Shown: one piece after another, positions 1-14,110 of the stretch
How positions within the stretch are numbered: position 1 is the stretch's first letter
Layout of the letters: each line of letters begins with the position of its first letter
NCBI GenBank assembly: GCA_965207375.1
Contig: CBDBMG010000003.1
Span: forward strand, 128,001 to 192,000
From: Nitrosopumilaceae archaeon
GTDB taxonomy: Archaea > Thermoproteota > Nitrososphaeria > Nitrososphaerales > Nitrosopumilaceae
Reading direction: 5' to 3'
Length of the DNA: 64,000 nt
Program-made: the position numbers and the translations under genes
Notes under the pieces: model-generated
Told to the model about the DNA's origin: nothing
Database searches by the model: none
What the model saw: the letters and a program-made list of their open reading frames with translations, nothing else

Positions 1-249
1 TAGTGCTAGCCATGGAGCTAGTGCTGGTAGCCTGGTATCATGTTTATAATTCTTCTTAGTGATTGGCATTAGTTAGTAGCTATTTGACACAACCATAATT
101 GTATTAAATCAGTAGCTATATGTATAGTTAGTTACAGCTAAGTGCATTTTGATTAATAAAATTTAGATTGCTTTATTAGGGTGATGGTTGTTCTATTAGA
201 ATATGTGACTATTGTATTGGAGTGTATATATAATATCGGTTTCAGCATG

Positions 250-1286
250 ATATGTTCTGGTGAAAATTATAATGTGTTTAGAGACAACTTGAATTCTGAT
301 ATGGAGAGAATTCAGGCTTGGATTGCCAGCAGTAGAATGAGATTAAATGTTCAGAAATCAGGTGTCATGTGATTTTCTCCAAAGAGGCCATCTGATGCTG
401 TTGGCCCTCCAATCTTGGTTAATGATAGTCCACTTAAAGAAGTGGAAACACAGAAATACCTTGGTATTATATTCAACAACAAACTACAATGGGGAGCTCA
501 ATTGAACAATGTGTGTAGGAAGATATCATACTATCTACGTACGTATATATGCTCAGCTTACACCGAAATTTTGATGTTTTTGTTTTTGTTAATTATAAGT
601 GAGTCACTGATTCTCTCTAGAATTGATTATGCGTTACCTGTATGGGGTCCACCTCTGAATAAATCCCAAGTGGCATGTCTTCAACGTTTGCAGAATAGAG
701 CTATTCGTGTTACAAAATGTCTGAGGAAATATGATCATGTTTCCCTACATTGTCTCCAATTAAACTGGCTACCAATATCTCATCAGATCATGTTTAAGTC
801 ATGTTGTGCCATGTATCGCTACTATCATAATGGCCATCGACACCATGTGTGATTTTTGATCTCCCCATTTGAGACCCATCACAGTTATACCACACTTTGG
901 AAGGACAGTTTTGCCAACCTGTTGACCTGCCGTCTATCAACCACTAAAAGGTACTTCCGTTCATCTGTTTCTTTGTGGTGGAAGAACTCGTTAATTGCTA
1001 CTATACCAGTTGATTGTACTTAGCTACACTTCATTTGTGTCATCTATTGGGACTTTTTGTTAGAATAATTGTGTAACTAGTTACCTAGCTAGCTATTTGT
1101 GTGTAATCAGCTACTTATTTATGTGTATTTAGCTATACCTATTTGTTTGGTTTGTATTCTTTGTGTGTTGTATGGGTTGTGTTGTTGTATGTATGTCTAG
1201 GGAACAACGGGTTTGCCGACTACTGTGAGGGTAAATCAAAAATCAAATCAAAAATCAAATCAAAAATCAAATCAAAAATCAAATCA
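250..1286 (+). mobile_element. 3' fragment of a CR1/L2-like LINE: RT C-terminus, 3'UTR and microsatellite tail
   Basis: ORFs 181-372 and 415-852 carry RT C-terminal motifs (RMRLNVQKS, QKYLGIIFNNKLQW, SRIDYALPVW, LQRLQNRAIR), broken by a stop. Ends in an (AAATCAAAAATC)n tail at 1233-1286. Confidence 0.8.
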
Positions 1287-2667
1287 GCATCGAAATTCAA
1301 TAACGATATCATAAAAATAGGGTTGGTATACCTATACCATAACTACGTATTCAATGATTGATATCGGTGTCTGCTTTGACAAATGGTAGCTATTGCTGCA
1401 TAGTGGGGGATGCTCACCACGAGGAGGCCATGCTGGCTGCAGGGGAAATTGCTGGAGAGATAAACCAATTAGTGCTCATGATTTTAAATTTATTAGCATT
1501 TCTTTTGCTTTTAAGCAGTAAAACATTTGTTCATTAGTACAGATTAAAATAACCCTCTTATTGCAGATTTAGTTTCAATTCTTTTTACATCAAATTATTC
1601 TCCAGCATAATAGACACATGCTAGCTACTTTTGAAAAGAATCAAACTCCTTCTCAATTGTTTTACATAAAAATGATCATGCATTAATCACTGGATAATGA
1701 TATTAGTGGGTCATCATCACAGCCTACAATCCAAATGCACCTGACTCAGGGCATCCACAGTTAGCTCAAGAACAAGTTGCAGGTGCTAACTGTTAGCATA
1801 CACAAATTAGTGGCTGCAAAAAATTTAATTGTAGCTATGTATATACATTTTATGAATAATTGCTTATGCTACAAGTAGCTATTGGGTGCTAGCTAGTGGC
1901 TAACTAGCTATTACGTATGTGCAAAAAGAGATCACTTATGGGTAAATTAAATAATATACTTGGTTTAACTATTATAATTTGCCCAAATCTATAGCTATGT
2001 GTGTTAGCTAGCTGGTCTGCATGCAATCATCCTAGAAAATTAAACTCTTTCAAATTATGCTAGAGGAAAGGGATCAATGCTTGGTAGCTAATAATGATGT
2101 TGCCTGCACAAGGTGTTATTCACAGATGAGTTTAGAACAATCTTTCAGCCCTTCTTATTTCAGAGGAAATTGAAGTCCTCAGTTTATTAGAATAATGAGT
2201 CTGATTTATCCAACAGTGCAGATGGATCATCTTAACAATACTTCCGAGTCTAGTTTGTTCTCTGGAAGCATCCATATAAATTATATACAGCCACATTTGA
2301 AGTTACATGCATGCAATACGTATATAGCTACTAATGTTCATACCTTATGTTTTAATCTAGATTTGCGAAAAAGCCTAAGCTATAGAACTCTAAAATTGAA
2401 GAATTTCCTATCATCTGGCAAACATGAAGATATAAATTTCAACATACGTTATCTTAACCACATACATACGTAGCTAGCTCTTTAAAGTTGCACAATTAGA
2501 TGTGTGTATAAGACACTTTTACCATATCCAGTCAGTAATACATGGTGTTGGTCAACAAGTTACTTGCATTTGTAGCTAGCTACATACATGTAATTTTACA
2601 CAAAAATTAAAAGAGTCCTATTTGTTATAATAAAGGTCAGCTAGCTATAGTTTCACTGTCATCATAC

Positions 2668-4166
2668 TTAAACTTGGCCAAAGCCCACAGTGTTCAAAAT
2701 TGCCATTTACATTCTATCTTTAAAATTTAATTGTTCGTAGTCGACCAATGCCAGGGGTAGCCTAATGGCTAACGAACATGTTGAAGCTGTGGGTAAAGTA
2801 CAAGATTGATCTACTATGAACGTGATAGAGGGTCTGATGGGGAATCTCATTGGAGGTGGCTTAATAGCCCCTGTTGCAAATGCTAATATCTGTGTTGCAG
2901 TAACTTCAGATCCTATCAGAGAAACCAAACACAATCATTAAATGAACAAAAAATAGTTAACGGTTAACCTTGATCATAGATGTAATCCTTCCAATTCAAA
3001 ACAATGGCTTCTTCTTTTTCCCTCATGTTGCTTCCTTCATTAGACAATATTGGCAAAAAAAACTTTGTCTATAGATCATAGCCTGTCACAACTTTGGGTT
3101 GGTGAGTAAATAATTCTCTGCAGTGGGAAGGGTGAATTTTAAGAAGCTTTTCCATACCCAGCACATCAAGCCCTTCTTGGAATTGTTGAATTTCGTTGAT
3201 ACTTTTCATTATCAAATATTCAGTGCATACTGCATCTTTAATCTCTCTCAAATCTTCTAGTGTCACCTTCACAACTGGTTTGATGAATCCACAATCTCTT
3301 ATGTACTGTGCGTCATTTTCTAACAGCAGTTCCTGCAGCACTGCTGTTTCTTTTACTTGACAGGTCTAGTATCAATCATAATTAACATATTACACCAAAT
3401 AGGAGAAAAATATTTCATTAGCGACTATGGTGATGCCATACATAACTTGGTGATGTGTAGCTACATATAGGAAGGAGAAGGTACTAAAAGCTACTGAAAG
3501 TTAAGGGGCCACTTAGGTAAACTGAAGTGATTTTCTATTGCAAAAATTGAATTCTTATGGAGAGTCTTAAAATTTAATAGGGGTGATGGCCCCCTGGCCT
3601 TCCTATTTATATTTCCTATGCACATAGTCATAATATAATCACATACCTTCAACAGATGCTCTTTAATTAAATCGTCTGCTATGTCATCAACTTTTGAAAC
3701 AATTTTTCCTGAGCACAGCCCATAACATAGGTAACTGTACACAATTTCAGAAAGACAATCAAAGCCCAGGCCACCATTGGCCAAAAACAGTGCGACAAAC
3801 ATTCCAGCAAGAAAAAATTTTCTTTTCCTGATTCCGTCAACATTCTGCATAAAGGATCTAGCACTTGTGGGTCCATGAAAAATTGTTGAATCTTCAGCCA
3901 TTTTTGATAGAGCCAGTGAAAAGAACTCTCGTCTGGGACCACCCTCATCTATTTCAGCCTCTCCAATAAATGTCACATGTATGGGAACAAGTGGATTAAA
4001 AGATGCTTTTGATAGTGATCGTAAAGCATCACTCCAAATGTGGTTACGTCGTATATGTATGTTATTGAACTCTTCGTAATCAGCATCTTCAATTGGCTGA
4101 AATCCAGGCATTGCTCCAAAGTGGTTTTTTAAAATATTCTATAGAGACAAACTCGCACTATCATCC
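2668..4166 (-). pseudogene. HECT-domain E3 ubiquitin ligase (G2E3-like) pseudogene, 3 visible exons
   Basis: Exons ~4166-3647, 3365-2969 and 2912-2668 with GT-AG introns. Motifs FIGEAEIDEGGPRREFF, SNEGSNMREKEEAIVLNWKDY, ILAFATGA..PPP, LPTASTC (catalytic Cys) and C-terminal GFGQV*. In-frame stops at 3069-3071 and 2707-2709. Confidence 0.85.
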
Positions 4167-4471
4167 CTAGATATCACATGAAGATTGGATAGTATAGTAG
4201 CTACCTAGCTATATAGCTAGAATACTAATGACTATAACTAGATATATATACTGGTATTTTGTATAATATAATAGCTCCCTCAAATAGTGATATCACAAAA
4301 TATTTGTAAATGAGCTTTTATCCATATTATCCGTATCCATGTAGCTAGCTAATTATATCAGTACCCATATTATTATCATATAGCTATAGTGCAAATATTT
4401 AATGGATGAATCAACTTTGATGAAATTTTACACTTAACCATTAAACTTTTGTGCTATATGCATACATAAAC

Positions 4472-4704
4472 TACCGTATAGGGGTAAGTTTCGATGGGCG
4501 AAACTTTTGTGGTTTTTGCGGTTTCAAACACAACCGCGAAAGTTTCGCCGCTAAACAAGCACCTTAAAGATATTTAGCTATGTACTCGGCTACTACAAAT
4601 ATATAAGCTCCTTTCTACTGGAACGCCAAGGTTTTACCACGAATATGCTTGGAAGGCCTCTACCGCGAAAGTTTTGCCCAGCAAAACTTACCCCCTATAC
4701 GGTA
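4472..4704. mobile_element. Tc1/mariner-type MITE (TA-CCGTATA... TIRs)
   Basis: TACCGTATAGGGGTAAGTTT at the left and AAACTTACCCCCTATACGGTA at the right, with terminal TA. Confidence 0.75.
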
Positions 4705-5607
4705 TTCTGATAATTCCATAGTATATAACCAAGTTATCCATGAATTATCCTAATAAAAACAATTTGGATGTAAAAGCGGTGTATAATTATGCATTTGACC
4801 AAAAGAGGCCAAGAAGGTCTTTATAAAATCCTTTAAGCTACTTGAATGACAGTTACAGTAGTTTATAGGGTATTTGTGACTGGCTCTACAAAAATCAATC
4901 ATACATGTGAGCACAATTTGTGCCTTGATAGATACGTATTTGTGAATATTTGTTGTTCTAATAGGATTAGGAGCATTTACATTCTGTAAATTTGAAATAA
5001 TTCTCTGCATTAAAATTAATTGTTGTGCAACTATGTAGCTAGGGATTCTTTATGTGCTCGAATGGTTGATTTTTGCAGAGATGGTCACATTTTGATTGTC
5101 TTTTTCACCTGGCCATTTAGCATATCACTACATTTTGTAACTAAGTGTAAGCAGATACATAACATTTTAAATTTTGAAAAACTAAAGTTTACAGACTTTT
5201 CAAAGATTGATACATACATCGATATTATTATTTTGTGTATATTTTATTTAAATAATTCGACGGTAGGGTCTGAAATTTGTGAGAATAATCAACCAACAGT
5301 GTAGAAATACATTCAAGTGCATGCCTCTGGCTGAAAATTGATTCACAGGTAGAGTAGAGAAGTGCTAACACAAGTTTGGTTGAAATCCATGAATGAATAA
5401 GCAAGTTACATATTAGACAAACAAATGTATGAAGAAATAGAGTATCTCCCTTGGGTTCATGCAAGCCCACAGAAACCCCCCTGAAAAGTGTATATACATG
5501 CAATAAAACAAAGAAAAATTGAGAAAAACTACAATGTTTAACTATTTGATGAATAACCAGTTGTTTAGTTTAGCCATAGCAAATTAACAATGTTCATGTT
5601 TGTACAG

Positions 5608-7255
5608 ACATGATAACAAGAATGTTAAAGACGATTTATTCAGAGAGAGGTATGAGCGAAAAAGTAAAGGAAGAAACAACATTCATGCTCTTTTTGGATT
5701 TATTGCATGAATATGAAGGTAATTTCATTATAATTATAATGCAGAAAGTATTTCAGACATACATTTCCGGTAACAATAATGGTGATTTCTTCAATTTTGT
5801 TGTACTACTGCATACCTTCCTCACTTTAGAACTTTCAGTAGTCACTATCAGCTAAAATTGACTGAACTGAGTGTATTAGGTTTTAGCCACATCTGAGTAC
5901 ATCCCTTTCAGAGGTGGTTCTGGCAACTAGGGACTGGTCAAGCCAACTGAAGCTCCCAATCCACTCCAAAAAGGAATGCACAAAAATATTAGAATACATT
6001 GTGTTTTAGGGCTAATCATATAACTCATGATATCTAAATACTAATAAAACAGCATATAGCTACATAATATATAAATTAACATACATCTTGCCTCCGTTGG
6101 TAACTGAGGCATAGACTTCTAATGAAGTAGCAGCTGAAGGGCACGCAATCGCGAATGATTCCATCTTTTAACATAATCACATGATACGGGTGTGCAATAA
6201 AAAGATATTGGTAATCAATGTATATATATTAAAGAACTGCTTTTGAAAGGCAATTATATAATTAGTTGATAGCTTTTGTATAGTGCGGATTTTTAGTTGG
6301 TAAATATATACTTAACTATAAGAAAATGCAAAAAGTGGACCGGCCCAAACCGTACCAGCCAGTATGCCAGAGCCGCCCCTGCCTTTAGTACTTTCCTTTA
6401 TTTTAAAATGGCTTAGTAGCTACAGATAAAAATAGAAAACCTATTAGCTACACGGCAAAAAAATAAATAATATTTACCACCTATTAATTTTTATAACTTT
6501 TGTAGACTTATTTTTACTCATGTTTGCATTATTCTACTGATCTATTTTCATTATCCAACACAGCATATTCTACTACCTTAAAATATTGCTTAATATAAAG
6601 AAATCTATATTAAACACCCATAGCTGTGTAGGTCTGTTTTTGTGAAAGAGGGGGTAGTTGAAAATGAAAAACTTGAGTCAAAGAAAAGAGCTTAGAATAG
6701 CTATAACTAGTTACACCCAGTAGCTTATTAGGGATTTTTCTAGGGGGCATTTTGCCCCTTCTGAAAATGGCTTTGCCCACCTGAGTTATCCTCACTTACA
6801 TACTTGCACTTAGTCAACAGCTTGACTCGACAGTCAGCATATATACTTGAATTTGCCCCTCCTGAACTTAGCTATTTACTAGAAAAATCCCTGCTCATGT
6901 TAAAGCACATCTAATATCAAGTGGTCTTAGAAATGCAATGTAACAACAGCATATTTAATTTACGCATTAGTAAAATGTTAAGACTAATAATTAACTAATT
7001 AGACTTATTTAATTTCATTGTTACTATGTTGCAGACAATGAGAATTGTGACTTGATGCTAAGTCAAGTTTTGAGTTTCTTCACTGGCGCAGAGTATCCGC
7101 CACCACTTGGATTCGACACAGATCCAACTATAAGATTTTGTAATTCATTGGAATTCCCTACTGAATCCACGTATGCCCTGGAAATGACGATACCCACAAA
7201 ATATCATGATTCTCCGCAGGATTTCCATGATAAAATGTTATATAATCTATCAAAC
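5608..7255 (+). pseudogene. Second HECT-domain fragment (two C-terminal exons), catalytic Cys replaced by Tyr
   Basis: Exon 5608-5718 (YSERGMSEKVKEETTFMLFLDLL) splices in phase 1 to exon 7035-~7255 (VLSFFTGAEYPPPLGF...FPTESTYALEMTIP). The 5' part and the C-terminal GFG are missing. Confidence 0.75.
5909..6381. mobile_element. CAG-terminated MITE with 5-bp TSD (CCTTT)
   Basis: Imperfect TIRs CAGAGGTGGTTCTGGCA / TGCCAGAGCCGCCCCTG. CCTTT at 5904-5908 and 6382-6386. Confidence 0.65.
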
Positions 7256-9342
7256 CTATTTACAGTTTTACACACCAGCTGCTTATCGATGTTTCATTAT
7301 AAGCGCCTGCTCCAAGCTGGGCTCGTATTATCAGACAGCTATCGCGTCAATTGGTCCGGCTAACAAGATATCCTTACTTTGGCATCATCAATGTATTAAT
7401 TACAATTGCTTATGCATGTTGTTTGCCAAAGTAGGAATTAAACCTTGTAGATGTGCTATACTTGTGTCCTTACTTTCTATGTCGATCCCTATATACTTAC
7501 CTTTTAAATTCAAAATTATATAAGATGTTATACATATATACATAAGCACCCAATATTACCCAAATTATAACTTGTTGTTCACAATAATTATCACATTTGA
7601 CCAGTGGTTTTCAGTTGGCCTTGGTCCCTCAGTAATGTTAAGTCATACAGGTATTGTAGAGTCCATTAATCAAAGTGTAAGCAATAATCCATATTTGCTC
7701 AGGCACTTGCAATGCAGATTGTGGCCCAGCGAAGTGCTAATTAGGTATTACATCATCTTAATTAATTTCTGGATTCCTATCTTAATTATGTATGGCAGGT
7801 CATCTCCATAGCAACACTTTAAATTGGCTATACCATATATATACAGAGCTTTTCTAAATTAAGTACTTTCACAGGGGTGTGCCGAGGGGAGTTTCAGGAA
7901 ACTCCCTTTGGATTTTATTAGCAGTTAGAATTTTGAACCACGGTCAATCTAAGACTTATAACCAAGAGTTTATAATATTATAAAAATATATATGTGACTG
8001 GCTTTGGGAACTGAAAGCCTCCACCTTCGCACAAAAAGTGAATTCAATTTTATTGCACAAGACAATAGCTACACTAAAGACATATCTATACACAGTGTCT
8101 CTACTGTCCAATGTTAATTGGTCTGCTTTTCTGGAGGGCACTTTGCCGACCCTGTGATGTCATGGTTAAGAGAATGGTGCCTCTGGAGGGCACCAGTTGG
8201 GGAGCCATGAGCTGAAACTGCTGCCATTGCTCCGTGGACTTCTTCTCGGCATGGTAGGTGCCTTGTGGCTATCCCAGGTGGCCATAGCTACTCCAAAGTG
8301 TCTCTATGGAGGTTTAGCCTCCTCCCTCCCCACCACCCACTCACATGCTTTGTTGGCCTTATATTAATGCCCACCTGAAAAATCGTCTGAAAAGCACTGA
8401 AAATTGACCACCAGCCATTAATAAGGTTAGCTATATGTAAGTTAGTAGATTACTATGTTTATTGTTGCCAATACAAGACGGCCAACTACTGGCGGTAGGG
8501 TGTTTGAATTGGCAGAATATTTTAAAATGGTATTTTTTGAAATATTACCACACATATATTATGAACTCCTGCTAATTACAAGGTGACTTCTAATGTACAT
8601 GTAATTAGATGAAAACATCTGTGAAACTAAAGATACCATATGGCTATAACTTCATCAGAAAAGTACAGGTAACTAATACTTTTATAATATAGTAATTAAG
8701 TGGTAACTAGTTACTAAGCTGGTTTTGGGAAAGCATCTTGTAATCACTAGCTGGCTTTGTTACAATCAGTAGGTTATGAACCAGACTGAACAGCAAAGAT
8801 AGGTTGCAAGGGCGGGGGAACCCAGGGGCTATTTAAATGATCAGGACAGTATGGGCATTTCTAGAGTGACAGTAAAATAGGGGGCACATGCCTCCTAGTA
8901 CCCCCTTTCCATTGTCTATGATAGGTTGTGGAGCAAGAGATTGCCAGTTGCCTGTTACTGCTTTGGTTAGTGATAAGACTATAAACTTACAAACTAACAA
9001 AAAGCCTCTAGTGATACTAATGCAGTTATAATAGTTATTTAATAGCAAGTTACTTGATAAGTGTCCACAACAGGAATAGACAACTCATGAGAGGCATGCG
9101 TATTGGATTATGAAAGCACTGGTCCACTTCAATTATTGCTATTGATATAAAGCATGACGGCCAACAACCCCAATGTTATGTTCCGTGAATGAAGTTGAAC
9201 ATCCATGTGCAATTAACAGCTTCCATAAACACTTCAATGCAAACTAAGTTTTCATACCTTGTCCAAAAAAATTTGCACTCAAAGCTACTGTTCATATTAA
9301 ATTTTATGATTTTTAATCATCATGTACATATATTACATACTT

Positions 9343-10835
9343 CTAAGAAAGTGATGTGCATGTGTGTACAAAAGAACATACAGTAGTGAATAATGATAGT
9401 CCACCATCTTCAGATTCTTCTAATGGATTTACCAAGTTTGTCAAAGTAATCATATCACATGAATTCAAAGGTACATGGGTGACAGGTATGGTCACCACAT
9501 CAATATCATTATCAACGACTGCTGGTCCCTCCCAGTCAATGCCATAACAATCCTAGAGATTATATGTGGATAAAAGTATTTAAGTATGTGTGGAAGTTAA
9601 CTTACTAAAGAATTTTCCATGAGACCTTGTACAGCATGGTCATCATTACATCTCTCCACAACACCTGTGATCCACAATTGAAATGGACTACAATTTCTTG
9701 CTGTACGTAAACGATGATGACTATAGGAATTCTGGAATATATGAAGTGCATAGTTAAAATGTGGTAAATATATATAGTGCAATGCAAAGAGATCAACTTC
9801 ACTACCAGGGTCCAAAAGGTTTCTGTCTTCTAACATGTAAAATAAGTTGTAAAAATATGAAATACAACCAGAGAATAAATCACGCCAAAAGCATTCAATC
9901 CGTTGATTGTGTACGCTACGACCAGTGATACAACTCCCACGACCAGGTCCTCGGTCTGGGTGGGTAAGCATAAACTGTGATACCATCACATTCTCCCCTC
10001 CACGATCACACCTTACCCTTGATGGTAATCCATACAACTGCACAGCCTTTAAAAAATGTTGCAACACAGTTTCAGCTCTATTGTTTGAAGAGGCACCAAG
10101 GTATACAGGTAACCTACTAAAACCGTCACCGGCTCCATGAATGATAATCCGCCATCTTATAAGTCGATGTAGCCCATCAATATGCCACAAGCTATTTGGC
10201 ATTGCCACACTGTATTTCCTTCGATGGAGGCTTTGCCTCAGACACTCACAGACTCCGCTAGGATCAACTCTCATTAGACTGTTCCGAAGCTTGTAACGTT
10301 GAATTCGCAATTCTAAACTTCTTAGGTATCCTTCAAGTGATCTCTGACCCGAAAAGGGGTGCATTGTTACGAACTGCTGAGTGAAGATATCCAATTCACG
10401 ATCACTTATATCACTATAACATGTTTCACTATCCAAACCATACTCAGTTATTCTTCTCCTGATAATTCTTGGCGAAACATTAAACAATTGTGCAATCGCT
10501 GTCTTTGTGAAATGATGTTCTAACAGTAATGATAAGTGTTCTTCCGACACTGGGATTATGGGCCGTCCTCTTAAACGACAACGATGGCACTCGTCAATTG
10601 AACTCTGTATGGCTCGAGCAATTCCTACTGAGGATTCAATTAAAGCATCTCCGTACCCAAGCAAGAGGTCTTCAACAGATACTATATCTTTAAGGAGTTT
10701 TTCTGCTTGTAATAGCAATTCCCGTAATCCCTCTTCATTCATTTCACTCTCAAATTGTGAATGGCTCACAGCCATCCTCGTTACAACTTGTTCAATCTCA
10801 TCAAGGAAATCACGTAGTATTGTAACATCAGCCAT
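9343..10835 (-). CDS. rve/IS3-like DDE integrase-transposase (IS3EU-like), apparently intact, 2 exons, ~479 aa
   Basis: Exon 10835-9606, a 53-nt GT-AG intron 9605-9553, then exon 9552-9343 ([10 protein letters not shown]...[10 protein letters not shown]...*). Catalytic motifs [15 protein letters not shown] and [13 protein letters not shown]-like [16 protein letters not shown] upstream. Confidence 0.85.
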
Positions 10836-11629
10836 TTCAATTATCTAAGGATGCATGGTCCCTAGTTTACGGACCTGATCAGACCGGACCACATTGTAGC
10901 ACCTATTACCACGTGATCACCTACACCTATCACCTGAAGCTGCGCCTATCACCTAATCTGGCGTAGCTGCGAGGACCATCTTCTATTAAAGGTAATCCTG
11001 GCAGATTATGTTTCTAAATGTATCTTCAACAAAAGTATAACGCTTCAAAAGCGAGTTCGAAAGAGCAAAGCAAAGTTAACAGCTACAAAAGGTTAAGAAT
11101 TAAAGCGACCCAAGGAAGAACATACAGAAGCATTCACCGCAGGAAAAATAAAGAAAAGGGCCAAGGAGAACTGAGCAAAACGCATCAGTACAAACGATAA
11201 TAGACGAGATACAGTCTAATATTTATATTGATGATATGCATGATGGAAACTAATGGTTTACCGTCGTTACGGAGCCACAGCCAACGAGGAGACATCTCTA
11301 GAAACAACCGATGCTGATGGGTTTAGTTGAAAATGTGGAACATTCAAGTTAGGTCTCACTGCTGAGCGCTGACAGCCAGGATACCATCCACTGGACCAGC
11401 CATTACCAGCAATCAGCTGGGATGCACGAAGAAAATATAAGTACTACAGAGTATCACCTGTTTTCAAAGGGGCAAGCCTGAGCACCCCCCACCAGCATAC
11501 AATTTGGCGATTAGAAATGGTTCCATTGTCCATGCACAAAAACGACACTATCAGATGGAGATGATTGTTGCATGTGCCACCCTCTTTAACTAATGGAATG
11601 TAGTGGTTCATAATCAAACAAACGTCTAA

Positions 11630-12345
11630 CCAATTGCGCAAAAGACTGGTCTGCTTACTTTGACCTGAAAGACTCTCTCAACAGGAGTGCCGCACAGCAT
11701 TTAACAAATATGTATCTAAGTTTATTGATGATAACAATATCACTAAGAAACTGTGGTCCTTTGTTAAAAACAGAAAGCAGGATTGTAGCTATTGGTATTG
11801 GACCATTTGAATATCAGGGCTCAACAATCACTGATTCATTGTCTAAAGCAAATGCTCTTACTAACTATTTCTCTTCAATTTATACTAGTGAGGATGCCAC
11901 TAATGTTCCAGTTTTAGAAGGAAACCCCCTTCCCGATATTCCACCAATTCACATCCATGCTGATGGAGTAGCTCAATTTCTTCTTAATCTAAAGTTTCAC
12001 AAAGCTGCTGGCCCGGATAATTTTCCATCTTACTTTTTAAAAGAAGTTGCCAATGAAATTGCTCCAGCTCTTTCTCTAATTTTCAAGCTTCGTTGAACCA
12101 AAGAACTTTACCTGACATATGGAAGTCTGCTTTGGTGGTGCCAGTATATAAGAAAGGAAACAAAAAGGACCCTGGCAATTATTGCCCGGTTTCACTAACT
12201 TGTATATGCTCAAAAATTATGGAACACATTATCTATTCTTGTTTGTTTGATCATCTGAGCATTACGAGATGAACAACATGGTTTTCGTCGGCACAGGAGT
12301 TGTGAGACCCAGTTAATCTCAACTGTACATGACCTTGCCCTATGT
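11630..12345 (+). mobile_element. Degenerate CR1-group LINE ORF2 (RT) fragment
   Basis: KANALTNYFSSIY, KAAGPDNF..LKE.A.EIAP.L, WKSALVVPVYKKG, NYCPVSLTCICSKIMEHI and QHGFR..RSCETQL motifs, with frameshifts. Confidence 0.85.
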
Positions 12346-13068
12346 TTAATTTCACGATATGAATAAATATTGTGCTAGCATGAAAGATTAAACTCTGAAC
12401 AGACTACATTCTATAGATAGTTATTTTACACATAAATAACTCTAGCTAAAAGGTTTTAAGCCAACATTTGCTGTCAGTGAACATCAGTTTTATGACTCTA
12501 GTAATCATATTAATGGTATCTACAGCCATTTTATTCATTCTTAACAAGAATTAACACAATAAATATTGATACACGATATTTCAATGTTAAGGTAAATCCA
12601 ATAAATTGTCTGACAAATATCACAATATCGATTAAATATTGTAATATTGCCCAGCACTACTGTACGGTAGCACAAAATTTAGTTATATACATATTTGAGC
12701 CTAAGATTGGTACTATTCCAGATTTATTTTATATGACGTATGATAAATGTTGCACTATCATGATCTAAGTTTCAGTACATCCTTGACACTATCGTTTATA
12801 AAGTAATAACACTCCCATTTCTATAAGCATGCCACGTAGAATTTACCGATACTTCAAATACCAAGTACTGGTATTAAATGTATACACAAGTACAAATACT
12901 GATGCTTATAAAGGGTAACACTCTAAAATATCTGAAAAGTTATGTGGGTATTATGGCAATGCCTCTAGGGTGTCAAAGTGTGCTGACCTATAGGGTGTAA
13001 AATTTAATGTCAACACCCTAATGGTGCCCAGTAATGGTCATTAACACCTGGTGTGCTCACAACACCCT

Positions 13069-13286
13069 TACCAAATAGTGCAAAAGTTTGACGGTGGAAA
13101 ACTGATGAGTTTGACAAATGGCTAGCGATTTGTTAAAGTTTTCCCTTCCAATCTCTTCTTCTCTTAATGCTTCTCCTTTGAAACTCATGATCACAAGCAA
13201 CTATTTGTTGAAGTTTTGCTTGTCAAAGTTTTGTGAACGCTTCATTTGTCAAAGTTTTCCCTGTCAATCTTTTGCACTATATGGTA
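13069..13286. mobile_element. TA-flanked MITE (TACC..ATAG family)
   Basis: TACCAAATAGTGCAAAAG / CTTTTGCACTATATGGTA imperfect TIRs, with TTTGAC/GTCAAA subterminal motifs. Confidence 0.6.
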
Positions 13287-13827
13287 AGCGACCTGTGAAA
13301 AGAAAGGGTCTGGCACCCAAGACTAAAATTTCCTATGGGTCTCACAGTTTTTTCACCTATCATAAAATCCTTTGATCTCGTGGGGAAGATAACATATAAG
13401 ATTTTTTGTGTCGAGGGATTGACAGCCCTGCAGAACAGCAAGAGAAATGTCGCTAACCAAATAGCCAGCTATCTACCGATCTGGAGATATTAACTCAGTA
13501 GCTGGTAGAGTATATCTACGTATATAGATGTACACCTCTCTATTATGCTTCTGAAATTTTGTTTGTATCAGTTGTGTTTTGCAGTCATATTCCCTGAATA
13601 TTATTAGTCTATGCTCCAGAAATCTCTTTGTAGCTACATGGCACTATGACATCTTTATTTACTTTACGCAGAAACACATTGAATTTGTGACAGTGCTTTA
13701 GGTTCACATACAAAATTAACAAAATACGTAGTGTTTTACATTGTTTAACGTGTTGAAATAGTCCATGCAATCAGTACAACTATTATGTAATCCTGTAAAG
13801 TAGGCATGCTAATGATGGGAGTGCAAC

Positions 13828-14110
13828 GTTGCATTAAATAATACAAGGAATTTTAGCTATAGTTAGCTACGTGAGTGAGTATGCACCTGACTCCACGTAT
13901 CTGGCAATACAAACCTGCAGTGAAACTAAAGTGTATATGTAGCACGCTGTAACCAACCTTTGAAATCTTATACATCATGCACGCCTTAAAATCGAATTGT
14001 GTGAGCATAGTGATTATATGTAGTTTAAATAAACAATCAATTATAATTGTATTAAAATTAATTAACAACCATGCAAGTAGCTAATAAAAAGATATTATTG
14101 TGGTCAAAAT
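13828..14110. repeat. Diverged direct duplicate of 23299-23584, containing a conserved 28-nt minus-strand micro-exon (13887-13914)
   Basis: Colinear similarity over ~280 bp, with indels outside but not inside the AG/GT-flanked 28-mer. Confidence 0.7.

Noticed and set aside
1143..1361. ORF with SKIK repeats
   Set aside because: Translation of the LINE 3' microsatellite tail.
11018..11520. Possible LINE ORF1 remnant
   Set aside because: Coding-like composition but no diagnostic motif that I could verify.
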